From Dehalococcoidia bacterium (GTDB lineage: Bacteria > Chloroflexota > Dehalococcoidia > SZUA-161 > SpSt-899), in the NCBI GenBank assembly GCA_023271515.1, contig JALPXQ010000002.1, positions 1-42,837 on the forward strand: 42,837 nt of DNA, written 5' to 3'. The position numbers and the translations under genes are program-made. The notes below the pieces were generated by a model that saw only the letters and a program-made list of their open reading frames with translations, did not search any database and was not told the DNA's origin. Below, piece by piece: positions 28,479 to 37,593 of the stretch. How positions within the stretch are numbered: position 1 is the first letter of the stretch; the number at the start of each line of letters is the position of its first letter.

Positions 28479-28579
28479 TTCAGCCACAGAGCACACCGAG
28501 ATCACAGGGTTTATAGCGTGTAGCGCATAGCGGGTAGAGGATAGGGAGGCTACACCCTACCTGCTACCCCCTACACGCT
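28479..28579. repeat. Intergenic nonamer/heptamer palindromic repeats
   Basis: CCACAGAGCACACCGAGATCACAG (9-bp period), then inverted AGCGTGTAG (28515-28523) / CTACACGCT (28571-28579) with 7-bp-period inner units. Confidence 0.6.
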
Positions 28580-28830
28580 TATATCTGATGTATCCCCTGG
28601 ATTTCCAACTTGCTTCGGCCAAGTATTCCCTCAACCTTCAGCTCGTCGGCCCGCTCGAACCGAATACAGATGCCACAGTCCGAACTCAGATGCCGCGGCA
28701 CGGGAATCATCTTCAAAGGCACGCCTTCCGCCTTCAGCAGCTTCTCGGCGCGGAGCGCCCCGCTTATCGAGTGAAAGAGTACCACGCAGCGGCTCCCATA
28801 CTTATTGTTTTCTCTGTCCTTAGAGGCCAA
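28579..28830 (-). CDS. DUF3343-like putative Se/S carrier protein
   Basis: LFHSISGALRAEKLL...IPVPRHLSSDCGICIRF. TTG start inferred from overlap with the upstream stop. Confidence 0.8.
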   Translation of the reverse strand: MASKDRENNKYGSRCVVLFHSISGALRAEKLLKAEGVPLKMIPVPRHLSSDCGICIRFERADELKVEGILGRSKLEIQGIHQI

Positions 28831-29983
28831 TGCCCTTACCCATACTGGCAATATTGCAGACTGCCCTGAGGACGATGTCTGCCTCATCCTCGGTAGTGAA
28901 GTAACCGGGACTCACCCGAACTGTTCCCCCGGGGAATGTCCCCAATGTCTTGTGTGCTATGGGTGCGCATTGCAGCCCCGGCCGACACAGAATATCATAC
29001 TCCTCCTCGAGCCGCATTGCCACCTCTGAAGAGGCTATCCCGGCGATATTGAAGGAAAGCACTGCCACCTGTTCTCGTGCATCGCCGCTACCGTAGAGGG
29101 TGACCCCGGGAATCGCTCCAAGCCCCTCGATAAGGAGATACATCACCTTCTCCTCCTTTTCTCGTAGAGCATCTACGCCCTGGGATAAGACGAACTGCAC
29201 CCCCGCCCCCAACCCTGCCAATCCCACCGTGTTAGGCGTACCGCTTTCGTACTTATCGGGCAGGAAATCGGGCTGGTGCTCCGAATCCGACCGGCTGCCG
29301 GTGCCACCATGCATCAAGGGCTCAACTACATCCTCCACACCCTGGCGAATGTAGAGCCCGCCAGTTCCCTGCGGGCCAAAGAGGGATTTGTGCCCGGTGA
29401 ACGCCAGGAGATCGACCTTCATAAAGGATACGTCCAGAGGATAGGCGCCGGCGCTTTGAGCGGCATCGACGCAGAAGAGCACCCCATGCCGGCGGGCAAT
29501 TGCACCTACTTCGATCACCGGAAGTAGGGTCCCCACCACATTGGAGGCATGATTCAGGACAATGAGCCGCGTGTTTGGCTTGATCGCCTTTTCAATTCCG
29601 CCAGGATCGAGAAAACCCTCCTTTGAGCAACTGACCACGGTTAGCTCAACCCCCCTCTCCTGCAGGGCGCGAAGGGGGCGCATCACCGAGTTATGCTCCA
29701 TGCTGCTGGTGATAGCGTGATCGCCCGGGCGTAAGACCCCGTTTATCGCGACATTTAGTGCCTCGGTGGCGTTGCTGGTAAAGATAATGCGCAGCGGGTC
29801 ATCGATATTAAAGAGCCGGGCCAACGACTCCCTGGTCTCATAAACGACGCGCCCAGCCTCGATGGAAAGCCGGTGCCCGGAGCGGCCCGGACTGGCGCCC
29901 ACCTGACGCATGAAGTTATTCATCGCCTGATAGACCACCTCCGGCTTGGGCCAGGAGGTAGCAGCGTTATCGAGGTAGATCAT
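28820..29983 (-). CDS. Cysteine desulfurase/selenocysteine lyase-like class V PLP enzyme
   Basis: YLDNAATSWPK, EHNSV, HASNVVG, DAAQSAG, FTGHKSL.GP.G.G and CRPGLQCAP. Confidence 0.92.
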   Translation of the reverse strand: MIYLDNAATSWPKPEVVYQAMNNFMRQVGASPGRSGHRLSIEAGRVVYETRESLARLFNIDDPLRIIFTSNATEALNVAINGVLRPGDHAITSSMEHNSVMRPLRALQERGVELTVVSCSKEGFLDPGGIEKAIKPNTRLIVLNHASNVVGTLLPVIEVGAIARRHGVLFCVDAAQSAGAYPLDVSFMKVDLLAFTGHKSLFGPQGTGGLYIRQGVEDVVEPLMHGGTGSRSDSEHQPDFLPDKYESGTPNTVGLAGLGAGVQFVLSQGVDALREKEEKVMYLLIEGLGAIPGVTLYGSGDAREQVAVLSFNIAGIASSEVAMRLEEEYDILCRPGLQCAPIAHKTLGTFPGGTVRVSPGYFTTEDEADIVLRAVCNIASMGKGIGL

Positions 29984-30019
29984 AGAGCACCTCCGCCCCC
30001 GCATACCAAGAACTTCAGC

Positions 30020-30238
30020 CTACTTGCCCGCAGGGGCCAACTGGAGCCTATACCCATCGAGAACCTGTTCTACCTTAACCGAATATCCCCTGCTTCGGGC
30101 GAGGCGAGATACATTTTCCCTGGCAACCTCGCTATCCACGAGTACGATAACCGGCTTACCTGGATGCCCATCAAGGGCCTGAGTGGTTTTCACCACCGGT
30201 ATGGGGCAGGAGAAGCCTCGCGCATCAACTTCAATCAT
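30020..30238 (-). CDS. TusA/SirA/YedF-like sulfur (selenium) transferase
   Basis: VDARGFSCPIPVVKT...ENV.R. RBS AAGGAG before ATG30238; alternative start 30256. Confidence 0.88.
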   Translation of the reverse strand: MIEVDARGFSCPIPVVKTTQALDGHPGKPVIVLVDSEVARENVSRLARSRGYSVKVEQVLDGYRLQLAPAGK

Positions 30239-30252
30239 CTCTTTGCTCCTTA

Positions 30253-31305
30253 TCATGTCCTGTCGCGCATAAGAAAGCCCACGCTTGCAGCGAAAACCAG
30301 CCCCACGATGACCGCTACCTGTCCAAAGTCTGTTGGACCATCTGGGGTTGAGGCCAACAGGAAATTGTGGGCAAAGGCAGCCCCCGCGAAGAACCCAAGA
30401 ACAGTTATCCCGGCGTCGGTATCGCCCTCCCCGGAGAGGATCGTTTGCCGCAATGGACAGCCGCCGAGAAGGACCGAACCCAATCCAACCAGGACCATGC
30501 CGAGAAAATTCCACAGATGATTGGTGTGAGCCACCGGCTGGCCCTCAAATCCCCAGCTCACATGCCCCAGGATCAGATTTAGGAGAAGTGCCCCGACGAA
30601 GAAGCCTGCTATCCCACCGAACAGGTGAGTATTCTTAATAAGAAAAAGGTCGCGCCAACCACCGACCATACACATCCGTGTTCGTTGCACCAGGATGCCC
30701 CCCCCAAGTCCGGCAAGTAGCGCTATCCAAAGTGCGACATGCGTCGCCCCCGGCCCCTTCTCGCTCTCAAAGATGAATCCCGGCGGGAAGATAGCCAGGA
30801 GTAGCAGTGCGAGCATTGCCACGGGCATGATCCATCCATTTGCCCTTTTCGTCGCGGATGACCGGCCGAGGTTAAAGCCTTGCTTGAGAAACAAGATGCC
30901 GATAACTGCCCCCAGAATGAGGCCGGCTACGGCAGTGATGCCGTTGAGGTCTCCCCCGGCGAGGCGAAGAAGTGCCCGTATGGGACAGCCGAGAAAGACC
31001 AGTGCCCCGATCATGACAAAAGCTCCCAGGAAGAAACGCACCATCGGCGAGGAACCACCCCGGGCGCGAAACTCTCTAAATCCATAAGCGGAGATGAATG
31101 CCCCCAGCACAAAGCCGATTATCTCCGGACGAATATACTGCACCACACCGACACGATGCAAGCCAAGCGCCCCGGCAATATCTCGATAGAAACAGGCAAC
31201 ACAGATGCCCATGTTCCCCGGATTGCCCCACTCGACAAGCAGTGATCCCAGCGCCCCAAAGATGAGGCCGGCGAGGATGATCATTATTCTCGACGATATA
31301 GCCAT
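30253..31305 (-). CDS. yedE: YedE/YeeE-family putative selenium transporter
   Basis: GNPGNMGICVACF.RDIAGALGLH..VQYIRPE, FLGCP, R.CMVG and GGCPLRQ. About 10 TM segments. Confidence 0.9.
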   Translation of the reverse strand: MAISSRIMIILAGLIFGALGSLLVEWGNPGNMGICVACFYRDIAGALGLHRVGVVQYIRPEIIGFVLGAFISAYGFREFRARGGSSPMVRFFLGAFVMIGALVFLGCPIRALLRLAGGDLNGITAVAGLILGAVIGILFLKQGFNLGRSSATKRANGWIMPVAMLALLLLAIFPPGFIFESEKGPGATHVALWIALLAGLGGGILVQRTRMCMVGGWRDLFLIKNTHLFGGIAGFFVGALLLNLILGHVSWGFEGQPVAHTNHLWNFLGMVLVGLGSVLLGGCPLRQTILSGEGDTDAGITVLGFFAGAAFAHNFLLASTPDGPTDFGQVAVIVGLVFAASVGFLMRDRT

Positions 31306-31326
31306 GATAAGCCTCCTGTGTCAGAT

Positions 31327-31356
31327 AGTATATCATAGAGGAAATCAATGTGTCAA
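31327..31356 (-). promoter_or_regulatory. Sigma70 promoter of the selenium operon
   Basis: TTGACA-N18-TATACT with an extended TG, about 20 nt upstream of the yedE start. Confidence 0.55.
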
Positions 31357-31494
31357 ATAGCAATAATGGATAGTTGCGGCCTTGCCGATAGAACTGTCCT
31401 ATATCGATATACTCTTCTATAAACTACATTATGTCCAGTTGTCACCTGATTATCCCTCACCCCCGTATTCGAGAGCGGGCAATGGAGCATGAGA

Positions 31495-31935
31495 TAACAG
31501 CCGTGCCGGCGATGCTGCCAGGGTAACCGGTGAGTATAGTAGCATCGAGACGCCCAATATCCACCCCCAGCTCCAGCGCCGTCGTGGCCACCGCCCCCAG
31601 GAGTTTTCCTTTGAAGAGTTCTCGTTCGATCATACATGTAGATCAGCTCCACCAGCTTGCGGGTTCGGGCAAAGGCGAGACTACGCATGACTTGAGCCGT
31701 AGCGAGCGTAGATGCGCCAGAGACGGCGGACTACGTTAGCTACATGCGCAGCGGCCTGATGGCTGTATAGAGGAAATAGATGACTCGCCTCCAGCGCAGT
31801 CTGAAGGGCGGGTTGCAAGGGCTTTTCTAATTGCTGATGCCGGGCTTCGCGGGGCGGAATATATTCCCGATGGACGATCTGATCGTGATAGAAGGGGAGC
31901 TTCCTGAGGTGATCGAGAAAGGCTGGAGTATCCAT
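31495..31935 (-). pseudogene. MrfA/Hrq1-like (DUF1998) DEAH helicase remnant
   Basis: Disjoint blocks FYHDQIVHREYIPPREA..LYSHQAAA, HVANVVRRL, LAFARTRKLVEL and [27 protein letters not shown]. Confidence 0.85.
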
Positions 31936-31954
31936 CCCTATGGGCCTGACCCCA

Positions 31955-32248
31955 CTAAAAGGCGTGCAGAATCTCAATCCGGTAATCCAGAATCTCGGCA
32001 TCCCCTCTGATGTACCCAATGAAATCCATCACCTTCGAGAGGAGTTCATTGGCATGGCGACCATCATTGCTCACGCACGCCACACCCAATGTGGCCAGTT
32101 GCCAGAGATCGTGATTCTCGACCTCGGCAATGGCGACATTGAACTTGTTCTCCACCCGACTGGTAATCGATTTCAGAACCTTACGCTTGCTCTTGAGAGA
32201 GCCATTTTCGGGCAGACGAAGCCTTACCCATAATGCTCCAATGCTCAT
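31955..32248 (-). CDS. DUF503 (YlxP-like) protein
   Basis: SLKSKRKVLKS...FNVAIAEV..HDLWQ.A.LGVACVSN. Confidence 0.92.
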   Translation of the reverse strand: MSIGALWVRLRLPENGSLKSKRKVLKSITSRVENKFNVAIAEVENHDLWQLATLGVACVSNDGRHANELLSKVMDFIGYIRGDAEILDYRIEILHAF

Positions 32249-32295
32249 CGTTTCAGCAGCTATTCTGTCTTTGATTCCCAGAACGATTCTGAACT

Positions 32296-32589
32296 CTAGC
32301 GCTGGTCTTTTAGATTGCCAAAGCAGTCACTGCAGTAGACCGGGCGGTCACCTCGAGGTTGAAAAGGTACCTCACACTCAGATCCACAAGCGGCGCACAC
32401 CGCTTTATGCATCTCGCGTGGCCCTTGATAACCGAAGCGCCCTCCTCGCCTTCTGTCGCGCCGGCAGTCTGGACAGCGGCCGGGTTCGTTGAGCAGGCCG
32501 CGTGATTCGTAGAACTCCTGCTCCCCGGCTGTGAAAGTAAACTGCTGGCCGCAATCGCGACAAACCAAGGTCTTGTCCGCAAATGCCAT
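32296..32589 (-). CDS. Zinc-ribbon / CxxC-x17-CxxC protein
   Basis: DKTLVCRDCG..F.FTAGEQEFY..RG..NEPGRCPDCR and CAACG..CEVPFQP..DRPVYCSDCF. Confidence 0.92.
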   Translation of the reverse strand: MAFADKTLVCRDCGQQFTFTAGEQEFYESRGLLNEPGRCPDCRRDRRRGGRFGYQGPREMHKAVCAACGSECEVPFQPRGDRPVYCSDCFGNLKDQR

Positions 32590-32656
32590 TGATCGACCCT
32601 CCAATTGTACTTACGGCTCCATTCTACATCATTGTCAGTTGGAATGCAAGAATCCG

Positions 32657-34010
32657 ATTTAAATCATCTAAAATGTAACCAAAAGGTTCTTTGTTAAATC
32701 ATATAAAAAGTAACCGAAATTAGTTAGAATGTAGCCTGGTTATTACTTTGAAGGAGGTGAGACCAGGCTACATGGAAAGGATGGATATGCACTCAAGAAA
32801 TGAGTATCTCAAGGTATTAAGGGAGAAGTATCTCAAAGCCAGAACCAAGAGGGAGAAGTCGCAGATTCTGGATGAATACTGTGGCAATACCGGTCAGGCA
32901 AGGAAGTATGTCATCAGGAAGATACAGCCCGGGGTAGACCTGGGGCTGAAGCAGAGGAAGAAAAGGAAGGAGACTTACGACAGCCAAGTTAAGGCAGCTC
33001 TAGCCAAGGTATGGGAAATCTTCGATCATCCCTGTGGTCAGAGGCTTAAGCCCCTTTTGGAAGTAGAAGTAGACAGGTTAAGTGAACTTGGCGAACTCAG
33101 GGTATCTGGTGAAGTTGCTTCAAAACTGAAAAGGATGAGGCTACCATTGATAGAAAGCTAAAGCACCAAGGCATTGCACCTTTTGAAGTCAAAAGGTGGT
33201 CCCAAGCCAGGTTCGCTACTCAAGCAGAAGATACCAATAAGGCTTACCGAGTGGGATACCTCAAAGGTTGGCTATATAGAAGGTATGGTTGTCCATTGTG
33301 GCGCTTCTACCTCAGGTGAGTATATCAATACCCTGAACACCACTGAGATTTCCTCCGGTTGGTGGGAGGCAATAATGGGAAGGTCTCAGGAACATAGCTT
33401 CTGGGCGTTGAAGGAGATAAGGAAAAGAACCCCCTTTGAGTGGAGAGGGATAGACTCAGATAATGGTCAAGAGTTTGTCAATCAAATTCTGTATAAATAT
33501 TGCCAGAGGGAGAAGCTAGAGTTTACCAGGTCGCGGCCAAACCGGAAGAATGACAATACCTACATTGAGCAGAAAAAGCCCACGTGAGGAAACTATTGGG
33601 ATACCTGAGATATGACACTCTCGGGGAAGTGGTTATTAATGACCTTTATCGTAACGAGCTGAGACTATATAAGAACTTCTTTCAACCGGTGATGAAGCTA
33701 GTCAGCAAGGAAAGGATTGGAGGCAGCCTAAAGAGGAAATATGATACCCCTAAGACACCGTACCAGAGATTGATGGACTCGGGGCAGATATCAGAGCAAA
33801 CCAGAAAGCAACTTAAGACGGTCTACCTCAGCTTAAACCCGGCTCAACTAAAGCGGAGCATCGATGCCAAATTAGACGAGCTCTACAGGACATATGAAGA
33901 GAAAAGGAAATCTCAGCAGGTTAACCCGATGAGGAAAGTGGTACCTCTACGGTTACATCTTTTATGATACAACAACCTAAAGTTGGGTTACCTACTTAAA
34001 TGATTTGACA
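32657..34010 (+). mobile_element. Degraded IS (ISNCY/IS481-like rve DDE transposase, frameshifted)
   Basis: Three consecutive frames 32748-33967 with HCG, IDSDNGQEF, FTRSRP.RKNDN..IEQK, GYLRYD and KTPYQRL. Repeated ATCAT..AA..GTAACC motifs at the left end and inverted at the right end (...GATTTGACA 34010). Left boundary approximate. Confidence 0.85.
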
Positions 34011-34070
34011 CGGAATCTTTGCAAAATGGATGCTGGTGGTCTATAATAAGTTTTAGGTTTTAGGTGTAAG

Positions 34071-34162
34071 GGAGGGATCGCATAGTGGTCTAGTGCGGCC
34101 GCCTGCTAAGCGGTTACCCTGAGAGATCGGGGTCGTGGGTTCGAATCCCACTCCCTCCGCCA
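34071..34162 (+). tRNA. tRNA-Ser(GCT)
   Basis: Acceptor GGAGGGA/TCCCTCC, G73, encoded CCA. Anticodon GCT at 34105-34107; long variable arm. Confidence 0.96.
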
Positions 34163-34171
34163 GATGCCTCA

Positions 34172-35551
34172 TCACCGACCTCGCCGGGAGCGAGGGGCAC
34201 GCTTATCCTGCCCTCGATAATCCGGAGCGCCAATCGGAACCACGTTGCTTATTCGGGGATCCATAAGGCGCGACCTCAAACGAGCATCGAGGCTTTCCAA
34301 TGCGGGATTGGTCACCGTGATCACGGTAGCAAGTCGGGCATTGTATCTGTAATTGAGAATCTGATAGAGCTTCTCCCGGGCCCAGGCAGTCGCTGTTTCC
34401 ATCCCCAGATCATCGAAGATCAATAGCGGGCTGTTCTTGATCTCCTCGATCCGTATCTCATGTCCCCGCCGGTCGTCAGTCCCAAAGGTGGGACGCAGAT
34501 GATCGAGCAATTCCGGAACGCTGGCGAAAAAGGCCGGGCGCTGGGAGGTGATCTGCTGGTTGGCGATGGCTGCCGCCAGGTGAGTCTTACCGGAGCCAGG
34601 CGGCCCCACCAGTACCAGCCAGTTCTCAGGCGATTCCGCAAACTGCCGAGCGGCCTCCAGGGCCATTTTGAGGCTCTCTCTCTGCTCCCTATCGGCATTC
34701 ATCCCCTGAATATCGAAGGTCTTGAAGCTCATAGTGCAGATTGTGTCCCTGCTCAATCCGCCGATATGATTGAAAAGTGGGGGGCCTTCTTTCCTCAGCT
34801 CCAATTGCCGGGACAGCCCCGGAGTTTTTAGTCGGGTTTGCAGCCGTTGGTCAAGGTCACTCAGAGTTATTGTAGTGACCACAGTGGGCAGTTGAGCATT
34901 GAAGCGGTGATTCAGCACCTGGAAGAGCTTCTCCTCAGCCCAGGGTGTGCTGCTGTGGGTTCCCAGGTCGTCGAGGATGAGCATTGGGGTATTCTTCACC
35001 CGTTCGAAGAGATCGTCATAGCTCACGTCGCTGGTGGGACTGAACGTAGTGCGTAGATGATCGAGAAGATCGGGGACGATGGTCCAGAAGATCGCTATTC
35101 CTTGCCTGAGACAATGATTGGCGATGGCGACGGCCATATGTGTCTTGCCGCAGCCGCTGGGACCGGTGAGCACCAGCCACCCATGCGGATCACCGGCGAA
35201 CGCCTTGGCCTGCTCATAGCAGAATTTGAACTGCTTCTGTTTGTCCGGATCGGCATCCAGCCCCTCTGGCCGCAGATTGTCGAAGGTGAGTCGTGTCAGA
35301 GGCCCCAGGTTGCTGTACCGCTCAAGCCTCTGGACCCGATTGCTGGCGAATTCCCTCAGTCTGCACTCGCAGGGGAACGACCTGCCAAAATCGGGGTGCT
35401 CCACCGGGACGTCCAGGACGACCCACCCGTGACCACTGCAAATGGGACACCCCTGGATCTGTGCCGGCTCATTTCCTGGTGAGATGCCGGTACTTCTGGA
35501 TGTACTCTTTCGGACTAATGTCCTTTTCAGGACTTTCCCTAGTTGTTCCAT
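34172..35551 (-). CDS. DnaC/DnaI/IstB-like helicase loader with two tandem AAA+ domains
   Basis: Zn motif CPIC...CEC. Walker A/B GPSGCGKT / LILDDLG and GPPGSGKT / LIFDDLG. Follows dnaB and the DnaD-domain gene. Confidence 0.88.
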   Translation of the reverse strand: MEQLGKVLKRTLVRKSTSRSTGISPGNEPAQIQGCPICSGHGWVVLDVPVEHPDFGRSFPCECRLREFASNRVQRLERYSNLGPLTRLTFDNLRPEGLDADPDKQKQFKFCYEQAKAFAGDPHGWLVLTGPSGCGKTHMAVAIANHCLRQGIAIFWTIVPDLLDHLRTTFSPTSDVSYDDLFERVKNTPMLILDDLGTHSSTPWAEEKLFQVLNHRFNAQLPTVVTTITLSDLDQRLQTRLKTPGLSRQLELRKEGPPLFNHIGGLSRDTICTMSFKTFDIQGMNADREQRESLKMALEAARQFAESPENWLVLVGPPGSGKTHLAAAIANQQITSQRPAFFASVPELLDHLRPTFGTDDRRGHEIRIEEIKNSPLLIFDDLGMETATAWAREKLYQILNYRYNARLATVITVTNPALESLDARLRSRLMDPRISNVVPIGAPDYRGQDKRAPRSRRGR

Positions 35552-36170
35552 AATCCTTTCCTCGCGAGGCCCACCGCTCCAGGATTCTGCTGATATAACG
35601 CCAGTTGCGCTTGTTGAGCCTGATCGCTTCTCTGAAGGCATCCTCGATCCACGAGGCGGGGTATAATCGCTCCGCCTCCTTCAGGTCCTCAGCGATTAAC
35701 GGGGTTAGAAGTCCGATGTTCTCTTCGTAGAGCGTGAAGATGTTCCGCCTCTCTTCAGTCGCCGCCGGCTCTATTCTGGCCATGCCGCCCAGGCGAATTT
35801 CACCGTTCTCTATCTGGACTATGGCCCGGCGAGACAGTTCGGTATTCAGAAAATACAGCTCTTCGGGTTCACCGTCTCTGTCCATCTTCAGGCAAAGCAA
35901 GGTCCCCCGCCCCACCCCCCTTTCCAGCCCATGCCGCAATTCCTCCTCCGCGGAGAAGCTCGACATCAATGCCTGGTCACCGCGCAATTCGCCATAGGTC
36001 ATGAACCTGGGGTAGCCCTTCTTGCGATAGAGTGCCCAGAAGATATGAAGCGTTACTCTCAGCTCGGATAAATCCTGAATTTCAGGCAGAACCGCACTGA
36101 AGAAGGGGTTGGGGATTGGAGTGAACCCCGTTCTCGTTGGGAATCCTGGAAATCGCTTCGGAGCGTTCAT
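35469..36170 (-). CDS. DnaD-domain replication protein
   Basis: NIFTLYEENIG.LTP....L....YPASWIEDAFREA..NKRNWRYI.RILERW. Confidence 0.88.
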   Translation of the reverse strand: MNAPKRFPGFPTRTGFTPIPNPFFSAVLPEIQDLSELRVTLHIFWALYRKKGYPRFMTYGELRGDQALMSSFSAEEELRHGLERGVGRGTLLCLKMDRDGEPEELYFLNTELSRRAIVQIENGEIRLGGMARIEPAATEERRNIFTLYEENIGLLTPLIAEDLKEAERLYPASWIEDAFREAIRLNKRNWRYISRILERWASRGKDYGTTRESPEKDISPKEYIQKYRHLTRK

Positions 36171-37546
36171 AGCAAGATTGGTTTCTCCGCCACCTCCGCC
36201 GCGTTCTCGAACCTGCTTATGCGCTCGTTGAAATGGAGCTTTACCCTTCCGGTAGGGCCATTGCGGTGTTTGGCTATTATGATCTCAGCCTCCCCTTTGG
36301 GATAAGGCTTATCCGGATACTGTCTGGCCCATTGCTCCTCAGTGTGGTAAACATCGTCCCGGTAAATGAACATCACCACATCGGCATCCTGCTCGATCGA
36401 ACCGCTTTCCCTCAGGTCCGAAAGCAGGGGTATGTGGGGGGAACGCTGCTCGACGGCCCGGCTGAGCTGCGAAACTGCCAAAACCGGCACATCAATATCC
36501 CGGGCCAGCTCCTTGATCGTTTGTGAAATATACGTCATCTCCTGCACCCGGTTATCGGTGCGTCTGCCGGAGCGTATCAACTGAATATAGTCCATTATGA
36601 TGAGATCGATGCCGATCTCGTTCTTCAGACGCCGTGCCTTGCTTCGCATATCCAGGTCCCTCAGGAAGGCCGAGTCATCTATATAGATAGGGGCCTCAGT
36701 GAGGATTTCCAGGGCTCTCATAACCCTGTCGCGCTGGCCGTCGGTCAATTGGTCGAGCCGGAGCATTTGAGTATTGACTCCCGATTCAGCGGCGATAAAG
36801 CGGTATCCCAGCTCCAGTCTGGACATCTCCAGGCTGAAGATGGCGACTCTGGCCCCCTGGTTCAGGGCGGCATTCCTGGCGATGTTTACCGCCAGACTGG
36901 TCTTGCCCATACTGGGCCTGGCAGCCAGGACGATCATATCGGATCGGTGCAGCCCTCCCAGCTTCCGGTCCAGCAGGGTGAATCCAGTGTCGATATGCGG
37001 GAGGAAGCCTTCCTCGACGGGATGGGCAGCAAAGCTTGATTCCTCAAAGTAGCGATCGAGGACATCGCGTATATGGACAAATTCCCGCGACGTCTGCCCA
37101 TGTCGCAGTTGAAACAGCAAGCCCTCGGCCCGGTCGAGAGCGCTCTCGGGATCGGGAGGCGCTTCGTAACCGATATTGGCAATCTGCCCTGCAGTGGCGA
37201 TGAGATTTCGCATTATCGAGAGGCGGCGCACTATCCCGGCGTAGTACTCGACGTGAACCGAGGTGGGAACGTTCATTATAAGATTGCTCAAATAGGCAGA
37301 CCCTCCGATGGCCTCCATCCTGTCACGCCGACTCAGTTCATGAGCCACCGTGACCTGGTTGATGGCCTCGTCCCGTTCATAAAGCGAGTAACAAGCCTCG
37401 TAAATCCACTGGTTCTTATCCCGATAAAAGTCAAGGGGACTCAGCAGATTGAGTATCTTGAGAATCGCTTCATGATCGATGAGGAGTGAGCCCAATACGG
37501 CTTCCTCCGCATCGAGATCATGAGGTAGTATTCTGTCATCAGCCAT
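36167..37546 (-). CDS. dnaB: Replicative DNA helicase
   Basis: PHDLDAEEAVLG, ARPSMGKT, FSLEM, DYIQL, SQLSR, DLRESGSIEQDAD and KHRNGPTG. No intein. Confidence 0.97.
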   Translation of the reverse strand: MADDRILPHDLDAEEAVLGSLLIDHEAILKILNLLSPLDFYRDKNQWIYEACYSLYERDEAINQVTVAHELSRRDRMEAIGGSAYLSNLIMNVPTSVHVEYYAGIVRRLSIMRNLIATAGQIANIGYEAPPDPESALDRAEGLLFQLRHGQTSREFVHIRDVLDRYFEESSFAAHPVEEGFLPHIDTGFTLLDRKLGGLHRSDMIVLAARPSMGKTSLAVNIARNAALNQGARVAIFSLEMSRLELGYRFIAAESGVNTQMLRLDQLTDGQRDRVMRALEILTEAPIYIDDSAFLRDLDMRSKARRLKNEIGIDLIIMDYIQLIRSGRRTDNRVQEMTYISQTIKELARDIDVPVLAVSQLSRAVEQRSPHIPLLSDLRESGSIEQDADVVMFIYRDDVYHTEEQWARQYPDKPYPKGEAEIIIAKHRNGPTGRVKLHFNERISRFENAAEVAEKPILL

Positions 37547-37563
37547 GACTGTTCTAGGGGGTT

Positions 37564-37584
37564 TCAGGGGGAGAATCCCCCTGA
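37564..37584. other. Strong intergenic hairpin between rplI and dnaB
   Basis: TCAGGGGG-AGAAT-CCCCCTGA. No U tract on the minus strand. Confidence 0.5.
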
Positions 37585-37593
37585 TGGTGCTGA

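Noticed and set aside
33140-33600. Programmed frameshifting in the transposase
   Set aside because: Two frame breaks plus small deletions at conserved positions indicate decay rather than recoding.
34172-36170. Prophage replication module or IS21 istB next to tRNA-Ser
   Set aside because: The genes are co-oriented and contiguous with rplI-dnaB. There is no integrase, istA, phage structural gene or tRNA 3'-end duplication.
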